A DNA stretch of 64,000 nucleotides from Malacoraja senta (lineage: Eukaryota): positions 1,984,001 to 2,048,000 of the forward strand of contig CM075989.1 of assembly GCA_038087875.1 (NCBI GenBank). Direction: 5' to 3'. Positions 38,300 through 49,652 of this stretch are shown here, piece after piece. The notes under the pieces were generated by a model. The model was given only the letters and a program-made list of their open reading frames with translations, had not been told where the DNA came from and made no database searches. Each line of letters opens with the position of its first letter. Position 1 is the stretch's first letter. Position numbers and translations under genes: made by a program.

Positions 38300-39020
38300 A
38301 GGGTGGCACAGTGGCACAGCAGTAGAGTTGCTGCCTTACGGCGCCAGAGACCCGGGTTCAGTCCTGATTACAGGTGCGGTCCGTACGGAGTTTGTACGTT
38401 CACCTTGTGACCGCGTGGGTTTTCTCGAGGTGCTCCATCCCCCTAGCACCATTGGAATTGATGTCCACCAACAACCATTAGAGACCGGCACTGTGGCACA
38501 GCGGTAGAGTTGCTGACTTACAGCACTTCCTGCGCCAGAGACCCGGGTTCGATCCCGACAGGGTTTGTACGTTCTCCCTGTGACTGCGTGGGTTTTCTCC
38601 GAGATCTTCGGTTTCCTCCCACACTCCAAAGACGTGCAGGTTACCAGGTTAATTGGCTTGGTATACACGTAAAAAATGTCCCTAGTGTGTGTAGGATAGT
38701 GCAGAGATTGCTGGCCGGATGTGCGGGGATCGCTGGTCAGTGCCGAATCACTGGGCCGAAGGGCTCGTTTCTGCTCTGTATCTATAAAACTGAAACTGAA
38801 AGTAAAGACTGCATGGATTTCCTTTGTGTGTTCTGGTTTCATCCCATGATTTGGGGATTGGAGGTGAATTGCCAACTGTCGGTTGCCTCTGGAGTGTAGA
38901 TGAGTGGTAGAAGTTGAGGGGAATGTGGGGAGAGTAGAAAGGAGTTAGTGTAGGATTAGGATAATGGGTGCTTCATGGTTTGTACGGACACAAAGGGCTG
39001 AAGGGCCTTTGTATCACTGT
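38300..39020 (+). mobile_element. HE1 SINE cluster (5' half 38300-38440; full copy 38486-38800; old 3' half after)
   Basis: Repeated ggcacagcggtagagttgctg heads. Confidence 0.85.
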
Positions 39021-39069
39021 GACTCGAAGAGTAAGTAGGAGTTATTGCACTAACATTGCCCTGTATTTG

Positions 39070-39370
39070 TTCAGTTTTAGTTTAGAGATACAGCGCGGAA
39101 GCAGGCCCTTTGGCCCACTGAGTCCGCACCGACCAGCGATGCCCGCACACAAACACTATCCTACACACACGAGGGAAAATTTACATTTATACCAAGCCCA
39201 TTAATCTGCAAACCTGTGGATGTGTGGGAGAAAACCAAAGATCTCGAAAACCCACGCAGGTCACGGGGAGAAGGTACCATCTCCGTTCAGATAGCGGCCG
39301 TAGTCAGGATCAAACCCGGGTCTCTGGTGCTGTGAGGCAGCAACTCTATCGCTGCACCACCGTGCCGCCC
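39070..39370 (-). mobile_element. HE1-type V-SINE
   Basis: Full-length reverse copy. Confidence 0.88.
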
Positions 39371-40612
39371 TATTAGGCTTTGCGACTGTCAGGCTTTGAC
39401 ATTGATCCCCTGAGTACGTGATGGAATCTGGGGGTTTCTTTTTCATTTAATCATCATTGAAAACATTAGCGACGCAGTGGTGCTGGTTTCTGACGGGAAC
39501 GGTGACGGACGCACCACACACCTCTGTCCTCCAGTTCCTGCGGACTTCCGCCACTGGAAGTATAGGATTTTGGTGTGTGTGTTTTATCATCATTCCTTAC
39601 AATGCCGTGTACGACAGTGATCGCAACTTCTACTGAAGTGTGGATGGCCGTTGGCTCGCTAGGAGCTCATCTGCCCTTTGACAGGTCTTGTTTTTGGTCC
39701 TGCTGGGGGTCCACAGCCCCCTCCTCACCTGGCAAACCATGTGGGGGAGACGGTTTAGTCGCCGACTATCTGACCATGGAGCAGGTAGCACGGGATTACA
39801 TGGTACCCGTGGCGGGGTGAACCCCCCCCCCCCCGACTTGACTTGAACATAAACCGGGAAAAGTTGAACACAACCTACAGCAGGGAATACTTGCCCAGCT
39901 TCTACACCAGGAGGGAAACAGGATTAGGCTTTGAGTGGAGTGGGACAGGTTGGCAGTTTTTCAGTTTTGGTTAATTTCGACATTTTGCAGTGTTTCGGCG
40001 TTTGAGTCATTTACATTGTCAGGCACGGTAAGGGGTGCAATCATGACATGTAGCTGGAGTGTAGACCCAGCATGTGGATAGAACACGGACCCAGGGCACA
40101 GATGGGACACGGATAGATCATGGACCCAGGGGATGGATGCAACACGGACACCGAACACGGATGGAGCACGGACTCAGGGATGTTCTGTTCTGAAAGGTTG
40201 ATTGATTCACAGGGTAAAACCACTTGAGGCATCAGGGACAAGTAAGCACATTGTGAAAGTCACCAATTGTCAAGGGACTCTGTCGCCTGGGGGTTTAGTT
40301 TTGTAACAGGAGCAGCTGTTCACGTGGCCCTGAGACGGTGCACTGACAACACAGAACATGTGCCCACAGCAGGGAATCGCCTGACTGTGCATGGATCATC
40401 CGATCAGTGAGAGACCAAGTCATTTCTATAGTCAGTCTGAAGAAGGGTTCCGACCCAAAATGTCACCTATTCCTTTTCTCCAGAGATGCTGCCTGACCCG
40501 CTGAGTTACTCCAGCATCTTGTGTCATCTTCAGACCAAGTTGTCCTCATCCAAGCTGGTCCCATTTGCCTGCATGTGGTCCATCTCCTAAACATTTTCTA
40601 GTCAGTCTACCC

Positions 40613-40752
40613 CAGGGGTGTCAAACTCATTTCAACTCATTTAAGGCCAAGGGCACAGTGCGACTTCACGTGCGCCAGATCGTGAACGCAGTCCGATCCG
40701 GCACCTGCTCTGGCATTGGGGAAATCATCCCGCATCCTGGATCGGACCCCTG
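40613..40752. mobile_element. hAT (Charlie-like) mini-MITE inside a minus-strand Rex1 3' end (40595-40830)
   Basis: Ends caggggt...acccctg; perfect 8-bp TSD gtctaccc at 40605-40612 and 40753-40760. Confidence 0.8.
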
Positions 40753-40834
40753 GTCTACCCCATGACAAAGGGGGGAGGAGTTGTACAGTTTGATAGCCGC
40801 AGGGAAGAAGGATCTCCTGTGGAGTTCTGCCATT

Positions 40835-41650
40835 GCTGCTCAGGCCACATGTAGAATATTGTGAACAGGTTTGGGCCCCATATCTGAGGAGGTTAGCGAG
40901 AAGGATCCAAGGGATGATTGGGTTAACATATGAGGAGCATTTGATGAGTCTTGGCCTGTACTCACTGGAGTTCAGAAGGATGAGAAGGGGTCTCATTGAA
41001 ACCTACTGTATAATGAAAGATCTAGATAGAGTGGATGTTGAGAGGATGGTTTCACAAGTGGGAGAGTCTAAGACCCAGAGACCACAGCCTCAGAATTAAA
41101 GGACATAGCTTTACAAATGAGATGAGGAGGAATTTCTCAACTTTAGCTTTTAGACTTTAGAGATATAGAGTGGAAACAGCCCCTTCGGCCCATCATGTGC
41201 ATTGACCTGTGATCATCCTGTATACTTGAACAATCCTACACTCTATGGACAATTTACAATTTTAACTAAAGCCAAACATGTACGTATTTGGTGCGGGAGG
41301 AAACCAGAGCAGTCACAGGAAGAATGTACAAACTCCATACAGACAGTACCCGTAGTTAAGATTGAACCTGGGTCTCTGGCGCTGTAAGGCAGCAACTCTA
41401 ACACTGTGCCATAGTGCAGCCCAATGAGTGGTCAGAGGGGGATGAATCTGTGGAATGTATTGTCACAGACAGTGGTGGGGGCCAAGTCATTGGGTATTTT
41501 AAAGCGGAGATTGATAGCTTCTGGATTAGTAGAGGAGTCTAAGGTTACAGGGAGAAGGCAAGAGAATGGGCTTGAGGACAAAAGAGATCAGCCATGATTG
41601 AATGGCGGAGTAGACTTGAACGGCCAAGTGGCCTAATTCTGCTCCTGATG
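40835..41650 (+). mobile_element. CR1 3' fragment interrupted by an HE1 SINE (41140-41423, minus)
   Basis: LLRPHVEYCEQVWAP...YSLEFRRMR; resumes at ~41425 with the 3'UTR. Confidence 0.8.
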
Positions 41651-41724
41651 GTCTTAGTCTTAATAACAGCAGAATGTAAGGTTGGATATCAAGAGATGAC
41701 AGGATCCCATATTCAACAAGGGAT

Positions 41725-41890
41725 CAATTAACCTACAAACCTGTACGTCTTTGGAGTGTGGGAAGAAACCGAAGATCTCGACAAAAACCCATGCAAGTCA
41801 CGGGGAGAAGGTACAAACTCCGTACTGACTAGAACCCGGGTCTCTGGCACTGTAATGCAGCAGCTCTACCACTGCGCCATTGTCCTGCCC
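41725..41890 (-). mobile_element. HE1 SINE 5' half
   Basis: Matches family. Confidence 0.8.
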
Positions 41891-42578
41891 TGTAGAATCT
41901 CATGGGACACATGCTGTATTTTTCAATCAATGAAAAACTCAGTGGGTTCAGCAGCATCAGTGAGGAGAACAGACAGGTGATGTTTCAAATTGGGACCCCT
42001 CTTCAGACCGACAAACTATGTTTCTGAAGAGGTCAAACATCGTCAATGCATTCCCTCCACAGATGCTGCCCGACCTGCTGAGTTCCACTGGGATTTTTAG
42101 TATCTAATGTAGGATCTGATAGAATGTTCCCAGAATTATTTTACCACAAGATGTTCAACAATTGTTCCCCAAAATTTCTAAAACCAAAGAAAACTAATCA
42201 GCATTCACATATGTTCCGACAACCCTGTGAGTCCGTACATAAACACTGACCTTCCTACTTTTATCCATTGTGGTTGCCTTATAATAGTTTAAACTACCGA
42301 TAATATGTGTCTGTATTTCAGGAAATGTTCATATCAGAATTTTCAGGTGTATTATTTGTAGAACTTTTGTGATGCAGATTCCAAAGCGCCCACCAGCACC
42401 TAAACACAGAGGGTAAACATTTTTTGGGGCAGAAGTTCTGATGAATGCATAAAGTTTAAGGTGAAAGTGAAGGAATCAAAAGGAGATTTGAGGGGTAGGA
42501 TTCTCACGCAGAGGGTGTTGGGTAAATGGAACAAGTTGTTTGAGGAGATAGCATGTTCAGTTGCAACATTTCTATTAG

Positions 42579-42892
42579 ACGGCATGGTGGCACAGCGGTA
42601 GAGTTGCTGCCTTACAGCGCTTGCAGCACCAGAGACCCGGGTTCGATCCTGACTGTCTGTACGGAGTTTGTACGTTCTCCCCGTGACCTGTGTGGGTTTT
42701 GTCCGAGACCTTCGGTTTCCTCCCACACTCCAAAGATGTACAGGTTTGTAGGTTAATTGGCTTGGTACAAGTGTAAATTGTCCCTAGTGTGTGTAGGAGA
42801 GTGTTAATATGTGGGGATCACTGGTCGGTGCGGACTTGGTGGGCCGAAGGGCCTGTTTCCATGCTGTATCTCTAAACTAAACTGAACTAAAA
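42579..42892 (+). mobile_element. HE1-type V-SINE inserted in an old CR1 fragment (42400-43035)
   Basis: Full length; CR1 sequence resumes at 42893. Confidence 0.9.
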
Positions 42893-43156
42893 TTTAAAAG
42901 ACATTTAGACAGGAAAGGTTCAGAGAAATACAGGCCTAATGCAGGCAAATAGGATGAGTGTAGACAGGGATCAGTGGTGGCATGGAGATGGTGGGCTGAA
43001 AGGGTCTGTTTCCGTGCTGGACGATTTCATGATTTAGTTATGATCAGCTGCAGTGATAAAGATGTTTAAAATTTGGGTCAGATCAGCAAAGCAGTAGAGT
43101 TAAAGATGCCACGCTGAAGAAAATATGCCATCTTATCTTATCAAAAGATTTCTGAT

Positions 43157-43705
43157 CATAGAAACGTAGAAAATAGGTGCAGGAGGAGGCCATTAGGCCC
43201 TTCGAGCCAGCACCGCTATTCATTGTGATCATGGCTGATCATCCACAATCAGTAACCCGTGCCTGCCTTCTCCCCATATCCATTGATTCCACTAGCCCCT
43301 AGAGCTCTATCTAACTCTCTTTTAAATTCATCCAATGATTTAGCCTCCACTGCCCTCTGTGGCAGAGAATTCCATAAATTCACAACTCTCTGGGTGAAAA
43401 CGTTTTTTCTCATCTCAGTTTTAAATGGCCTCCCTTTTATTCTTGGACTGTGGCCCCTGGTTCTGGACTCCCTCAACATTGGGAACATTTTTCCTGCATC
43501 CAGCTTGTCCAGTCCTTTTATAATTTTATACGTTTCTATAAGATCCCCTCTTATCCTTCTAAACTCCAGTGAATACAAGCCCAGTCTTTCCAATCTTCCC
43601 TCATACGACAGTCCCGCCATCCCGGGGATTAACCTCGTGAACCTACGCTGCACTGCCTCAATAGCAATGATGCCCTACCTCAAATTAGGAGACCAAAACT
43701 GCACC
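43157..43705 (-). mobile_element. CR1/HER1 3' fragment
   Basis: ORF 43249-43653 matches the ORF2 C-terminus (QRRFTRLIPGM...GYGEKAGTGY). Confidence 0.92.
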
Positions 43706-43779
43706 ATTGATAACTTAAGGAGAAGTCTTTGCCCAGAGCGTGGTGAGAATGTGGAACTTGCCATCATGTGGGGTCATTG

Positions 43780-44078
43780 TAGTTTAGTTTTTCTTAGTTT
43801 AGTTTAGTGTAGAGATACAGCGTTGATACAGTGTGGGCGATACGCTGACCCACGATCGCCCACACACTCGTTTTTATCCTACACATGAGGTACAATTTAC
43901 AGAAACCTACAAATTTGCATATCTTTGGCATGTGGGATAAAACTGGAGCACCCAGAGGAAACCCACATGGTCACAGCGAGAACGTGCAAACTCCGCACAG
44001 ACAGCCCCGTTAGTCAGGATTAAACCCGGGCCTCTTGCACTCAGGCAGCAACTCTACTGCTGCGCCATTGTGCTGCCC
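43780..44078 (-). mobile_element. HE1-type V-SINE
   Basis: Reverse copy. Confidence 0.85.
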
Positions 44079-44479
44079 TGTAGTTAGTAGAAATGAATGG
44101 TTAGATGGGAAATGAGAGAGAAAGGAATAGAAGATATTTTAGTAGGGTGAGATGATATGGTGAGAGGAGGTTTATGTGGAGCACTAACACCAGCATGGCC
44201 TTCTGTGTCGTTCCTGTGCCACATGTTCTTCAGATGGAGAAGGTGAACAGATACAGAAGCAGGGAGTGGCCACAATGTGGGAGGAAGCAGGCAGCATGAA
44301 TGGCAAAGGGTACGGGGAGGTAGATCATAAGGAGGAAGGATGGATGCAAGGTGAAGGCTGGATGGACTGAGAAGGTTTATACCATAGAGTTGAGGGGTTG
44401 AGCGATGGGTGGGGAAGGGAGGATAAATATAAGGGCTTTGGCCAGCACAATGGTCATCATGGACCCCGTTCCGAGTCAG

Positions 44480-44768
44480 AGTTCCAACATGCCGGTGAGC
44501 GGGCCTGAGTGGCGGGCTGCCTGTAGCGGTGACTGCGGAGGGATCCGGAGGCCCCGACCACGGGTGAACATCAGAGGAAGATGACTGACTTTGATACCTT
44601 CCCTCACAGTGGGAAACCTTTGATTCTGCTGTGTGGGGATGTTTTATGTTGAACTCTATCGTGTGTTGTATTCTTTATTTGATTGTATGGCTGTATGGTG
44701 ATCACACATTTCACTGTGCCAACTGGCACATGTGACAACTAAATGTATCTTGTATCTTGGATCTTGTA
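44480..44768 (+). mobile_element. Same family, 3' part
   Basis: Shared block; (TATCTTG) tail. Confidence 0.55.
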
Positions 44769-44929
44769 CGTACCAGTGGACCAGGGCAATGGAGAGAGGA
44801 GAGAATATCAGCAGCTTTGTATGAAGCAATGACAGTGGCCAAACTCAGTGGGAAATAGTGATGAGATTCAAGGCAATAGGGTTCGGTGATTGAGGCTCGG
44901 CCTGAGAGGGGTCAAGTGGCAGCTAGCCT

Positions 44930-45690
44930 TTTCCCAGAGGAGGGCAATCAAGAACTCGAGGAGACAGGTTTAAGGTGAGAGGGAGAAGGTTTAAACATTG
45001 TGGAGGCCAAGTCGATGGATATTTTACTGGTGGAGATTGATAGATTCTTGATTAGTACGGGTGTCAGGGGTTATGGGGAGAAGGCAGCAGAATGGGGTTA
45101 GGAGGGAGAGACAGATCAGCCATGATTGAATGGCAGAATAGTTTTTCCAAATGGCCTAATTCTGCTCCAATAACTTATGAACTCATGAAGATTTAGTAAA
45201 TAGTTATTTTAGAGACAGTTTGGTGGACATGTACAATCTGCAGCCCAGGGAGTTGGAGGAAGCAAATATGACAATCATGTTTCAGAGTCATTTAGACAGG
45301 CACATGAACAGGCAAGGAATGAAGGGATACAGATATAGATCATGTGCAGGCAGATGTGTAATTGTATTTGATATTATGGTTGGCACAAAGATCGTGGGCT
45401 GAATGGTCTGTTGCAGTGCTGTAACCTCATAGTCATTGAATCATACAGTCATACAGCGTGGAAACCGGCTCTTCGGCCCGACTTGCCCACATCGACTGAC
45501 ATGCCCCATCCACAATAGTCCCACCTTCTTGCATTTGGCCCATATCCCTCTAAACCTGTCCTTTCAATGTACCTGTCCAAATGTTTCCTAAATGTTGTGG
45601 ATAGTACCTGCCTCAACTACCTCCTCCGGCAGCGCATTCCATACACCCACCACCCTTTGCATACAAAGGTTGCCTCTGAGGTTCCTATTT
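44930..45690. mobile_element. Cluster of CR1 3' ends on both strands
   Basis: Three CR1 tail/ORF-end segments. Confidence 0.7.
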
Positions 45691-46664
45691 CTTTGTTCTA
45701 TTTATAAATCATTCCAATAAAGGCCAGAACATGACCACACACAGCAAATAAACAGACATGTGGTCTGTTGAGAATGGACGTGGAAGGTAACAATCCTCCC
45801 CTACATTGATGGTGTTACTTTATGGGATGAAGTGGAACCTCCAGCAACCCTGGCAACGTGTTGTTGATGGAGTTAGGGGCTGGGAATCACCAGTTTCCAA
45901 TTGATTACAATACATCGGCTCTGAATTCCTCATGGTTTAATACACTTTCAATAACGTTGACATCTGTGCCTAAGGGGCATTACTTGGATCGTGCACCTCC
46001 ACTCTACCATATGTCGTCTTGGTTTAAAAAGGTGCAATTCTTAATCCCATCAATAATCTTTATGGCTTTTATGTACAGCTGCGATGTTCAAATGTAAATA
46101 AATGTTCTAGTGAATATGACTCTTGCAATTAGTCATACTTCACACCCAAAATAAACATGATTCCATTACACTTGAGCATTTCAAAGCGGTGGGGACAAAG
46201 GGCTTTCTGTTCTCCATCTCAAAAGACATGTCATACTTACGTGGGTATTTCCTGGGTTTGAATGCACCCAGAAACAGGTTGTCTATTCTAATCCTGCAGC
46301 AAACATACAGAAAAACATCTACCATCTGACCACGTAGCATTCTGAAGAAGGGTCCCGCCCAAAACGTCACCTATCCATGTTCTCCGGAGATGTTGGCTGA
46401 TCGATGAGATACTGCAGCACTTTGTGTCTTATTTTATGTGGAAGTCGTGATGGTTTGATATCGGGCTCAGGAGGTGTTGTGTGCAACCAGTGAAGAGTCC
46501 CATGTTTCCATACCACTCACGCAGACCACTGTACCTACACTCGCTTTAAACTCATGGCCCCATTATACTTGCTGCTAGCTTGCCTCCCATGCTCCCATTA
46601 AACGGCCCGTCCATGTTTAGAGGTTATTCTACTGTGTAAGATTTAAAGAAAAAAGTACATTAAA

Positions 46665-46845
46665 TGTGAGCGTGAGATTTCTCCGGGTGCTCCGGTTTCC
46701 TCCCACACTCCAAAGACATGCATGTTTGTAGGTTAATTGACTTCTGTAAATTGTAAATTGTCCCTAGTGTGTGATCATTAGTTGGTGCGGACTTGATGGG
46801 CTGATGGGCCTGTTTCTGCGCTGTATCTCGGAAGTCTAAAGTCTA
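46665..46845 (+). mobile_element. HE1 SINE 3' half
   Basis: Central domain plus tail. Confidence 0.8.
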
Positions 46846-47001
46846 ATGTGTGTTGGAGCATTAATAGAATAACATCCAAGACTGCAGAATATATGCTAGT
46901 CTGACAATCGAATGCTTGCCGAATGGACAGAGTTTTAGTACCTGTTAATGAACACGGCATGAAATTGGTGCAGTTTGAACATCTACCAAATGGGTTAATG
47001 G

Positions 47002-47249
47002 AGATAGACACAAAATGCTGGAGTAACTCAGCGGATCAGGCAGCATCTTTGGAGAGAAGGAATAGGTGACGTTTCGGGTCGTGGTCCTTCTTCAGACTGA
47101 GAGTCTCTCTGGGTATGACTGCTCTTTGCTTCTGAAGAAGTTGTCTCGACCTATTCCTTCTCTCCAGAGATGCTGCCTGTCCCGCTGAGTTACTCCAGTA
47201 TTTTGTGTCTATCTTCGGTGTAAACCAGCATCTGCAGTTCCTTCCTACA
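47002..47249. mobile_element. PLE inverted unit with 15-bp TSD
   Basis: caaatgggtt(a/c)atgg at 46987-47001 and 47250-47264. Confidence 0.85.
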
Positions 47250-47559
47250 CAAATGGGTTCATGGCATTTAATTAATTTTATTCTATCTTGATAAAGAAGT
47301 CCATTCACCAAATTAACATGGTTGACATGTAGAGGAGACAAAAAGCTGACATATTGGTGCAGTTATTTTCTCAAGGTCACAGACATTGCAGACAGACAGA
47401 AGATCTCTGGCAATGCTCGGAGCCAAGCAGCCAACTTGTAGTCTAGTTGGACAAGCACACAGCGATAGGTATAAACCCAAGGGATGCTTTCTATCTATGC
47501 AATGAGTCATATCCACAATGTGAAAGATGCACCACAACATAGAACATAAAATAGTACAA

Positions 47560-47774
47560 TAGATAGACACAAAAAGCTGGAGTAACTCAGTGGGACAGGC
47601 AGCATCTCTGGGAGAGAAGGAATGGGTGACGTTTTGGGTTTCAGTCTGAAGAAGGGTCTCAACCCGAAACGTCACCCATTCCTTCACTCCAGAGATGCTG
47701 CCTGTCCCGCTGAGTTACTTCAGCCTTTTATGTCTATCTTCGGTTTAAACCAGCATCTGCAGTTCCTTCCTACA
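47560..47774. mobile_element. PLE inverted unit with 15-bp TSD
   Basis: cata(a/g)aatagtacaa at 47545-47559 and 47775-47789. Confidence 0.85.
47646..47673 (+). ncRNA. Minimal type-I hammerhead ribozyme core
   Basis: CUGAAGA A GGGU-CUCA-ACCC GAAACGUC. Confidence 0.68.
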
Positions 47775-47789
47775 CATAGAATAGTACAA

Positions 47790-48260
47790 CACAGGAGCAG
47801 TCCCTATGGCCCACAATGTCCGTACCAAATATGAAGCCAGGTTAAACTATTATCCTCTACATGCATGTGATCCATATCCTTCCATTCCTTACATATCCTT
47901 GTGCCTATCTCTGTATCTGCCTCCACCATCACCTCTGCTAGTATGTTCCAGGCGATTTCTGTAAAAAGCTTGCCCTTTTTAAACTTTGTCCCTCTCATCG
48001 CATATCTATCCCCTCGAGTCTTTAACAATTCTACACTGGGAAAAAGGTTCTGACTGTCTCCCCTATCTGTCCCTCTCATATACTTCTCTCAGGTGTCCCC
48101 TCCGCCACCGACATTCCTGAGAAAACTGTCCAAGTTTATTCGACCTTTCATTACAGCTAATACCTTCCAATCCCGGCAACATTCTGGTAAACCTCTTCTG
48201 CAGCATCTCCAAAGCCGCCACATATTTCTTGTGTTCGAGTCACCAGAACATATTCAGTAT
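47790..48260 (-). mobile_element. Old CR1 3' fragment
   Basis: ORF 47804-48079 resembles a degraded ORF2 end (MRGTDR..LFP..KTRG). Confidence 0.7.
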
Positions 48261-48264
48261 TTTG

Positions 48265-48997
48265 GATATAAGGAACTGCAGATGTGATTTACAGCAATAT
48301 AAAAAGACACATAGTGCTGGAGTAACTCAGCCAGTCAGACAACATCTCTGGAGAACATGGACAGTGATGTTTTTGGTCGGGGCCCTTCTTCAGACTGACC
48401 GTTCTGCATCAGAAAGAGGCTCCTTCAAGTCTCTGCTTATCCAATTCTCACCGAGCCCACAGCTAATGATGGCCTGTTTCTGCGTTTATCATCGTTACTT
48501 TTATGCATAGATTTCATTCATTTGTTCTCTTTCTCTCTATATCACCGTCTATATCTCTCGTTTCCCTTCCCTCTAACTCTCAGTCTGAAGAAAGGTCTTG
48601 ACCCGAAATGACACGTATTCATTTTCCCCAGAGATGCTGTGTGACCCGCTGAGTTACTCCAGCATTTTGTGTCTGTCTCTAATTTTCTACTCACTGCAGC
48701 ATTGGTACATTTCAGTCTGAAGGAGGGTCCGGACCCGAAACATCACCTGTCCATGTCTGACAGGGATACTGCCTGACTCGCTGAATTACTCCAGCAATTT
48801 GTGTCTGGTTTTTAATTCAGTGCTTTGTTGTAATTTTTGTAAAACATGAATGGAAAAACAAAACCCGGAGTGACCTGGGGAGACCCAAAACGTCACCCAT
48901 TCCTTCACTCCAGAGATGCTGCCTGTCCCGCTGGGTTACTCCAACAATTTGTATCTATCTTCAGTGTAAACCAGCATCTGCAGTTCATCCCTACACA
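48265..48997. mobile_element. PLE terminal array (one reverse, three forward units)
   Basis: Motifs at ~48370 (-), 48585, 48717, 48880 (+). Confidence 0.78.
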
Positions 48998-49177
48998 TTG
49001 TGACTGCTTTGAGGACAGGTTTTAGATCTGAATGCAGATTATTGTTTGTTGTTTGTGTGTATGTATGTGTGCGTGTATGTATATAAAAATACACGTGTAT
49101 ATATATATATATATATATGATCTATATATATATATATGATCTGTCATATATATATATATATGATCTGTCATATATAT

Positions 49178-49336
49178 GACTGGTGCAGAGGGCAGGGATT
49201 CAAATTTCTGGATCATTGGGACCTCTTTTGTGGAAGGTGCGACCTGTACAAAAAGGATGGGTTGCACTTGAAACTGAGGGGGACCAATATCCTGGCGGGG
49301 AGATCTGCAAAGGCTACTGGGGAGACTTTAAACTAG
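49178..49336 (+). pseudogene. C-terminal remnant of CR1 ORF1 (SGNH esterase-like)
   Basis: DWCRGQGFKFLDHWDLF...YKKDGLHL..RGTNILAG..* contains the DxxH block of CR1 ORF1 esterases, directly upstream of ORF2. Confidence 0.8.
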
Positions 49337-49652
49337 AACGGTTGGGGGGAGGGACTCAAATAGAGAACGCTATTAGACAGTGTGTGAGGCAGGAGGCAGA
49401 GAAGGAAAGCACTCAGACCCAACATGTAGGGGAGAAAGAAGAAAACAATAATAAACAGAGAATAAGAGGTGGTGGGGTTCTTAAATGGGTGAGCAGAGAA
49501 ACAGAGGGGTGTAAAATGCAGGCGGAAGCAATAGGTAGCAAGGTGAAAAGTAAAAGTGGCAGGCAGACAAATCCAGGGCAAAAACAAAAAGGGCCACTTT
49601 TCAACATAATTGTATAAGGGGTAAGAGCGTTGTAAAAACAAGCCTGAAGGCT

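Noticed and set aside
39690..39790. HDV-like ribozyme fold
   Set aside because: Not enough room for P3/L3 between the candidate P2 and P1 strands in a manual fit
47002..47249. Reading the palindromic units as DNA-transposon MITEs
   Set aside because: Arms unequal, junctions variable, TSDs 9-15 bp, and linkage to a PLE ORF end
48265..48997. CRISPR-like repeat-spacer appearance
   Set aside because: Eukaryotic context, irregular spacing, repeats are PLE termini, no cas genes
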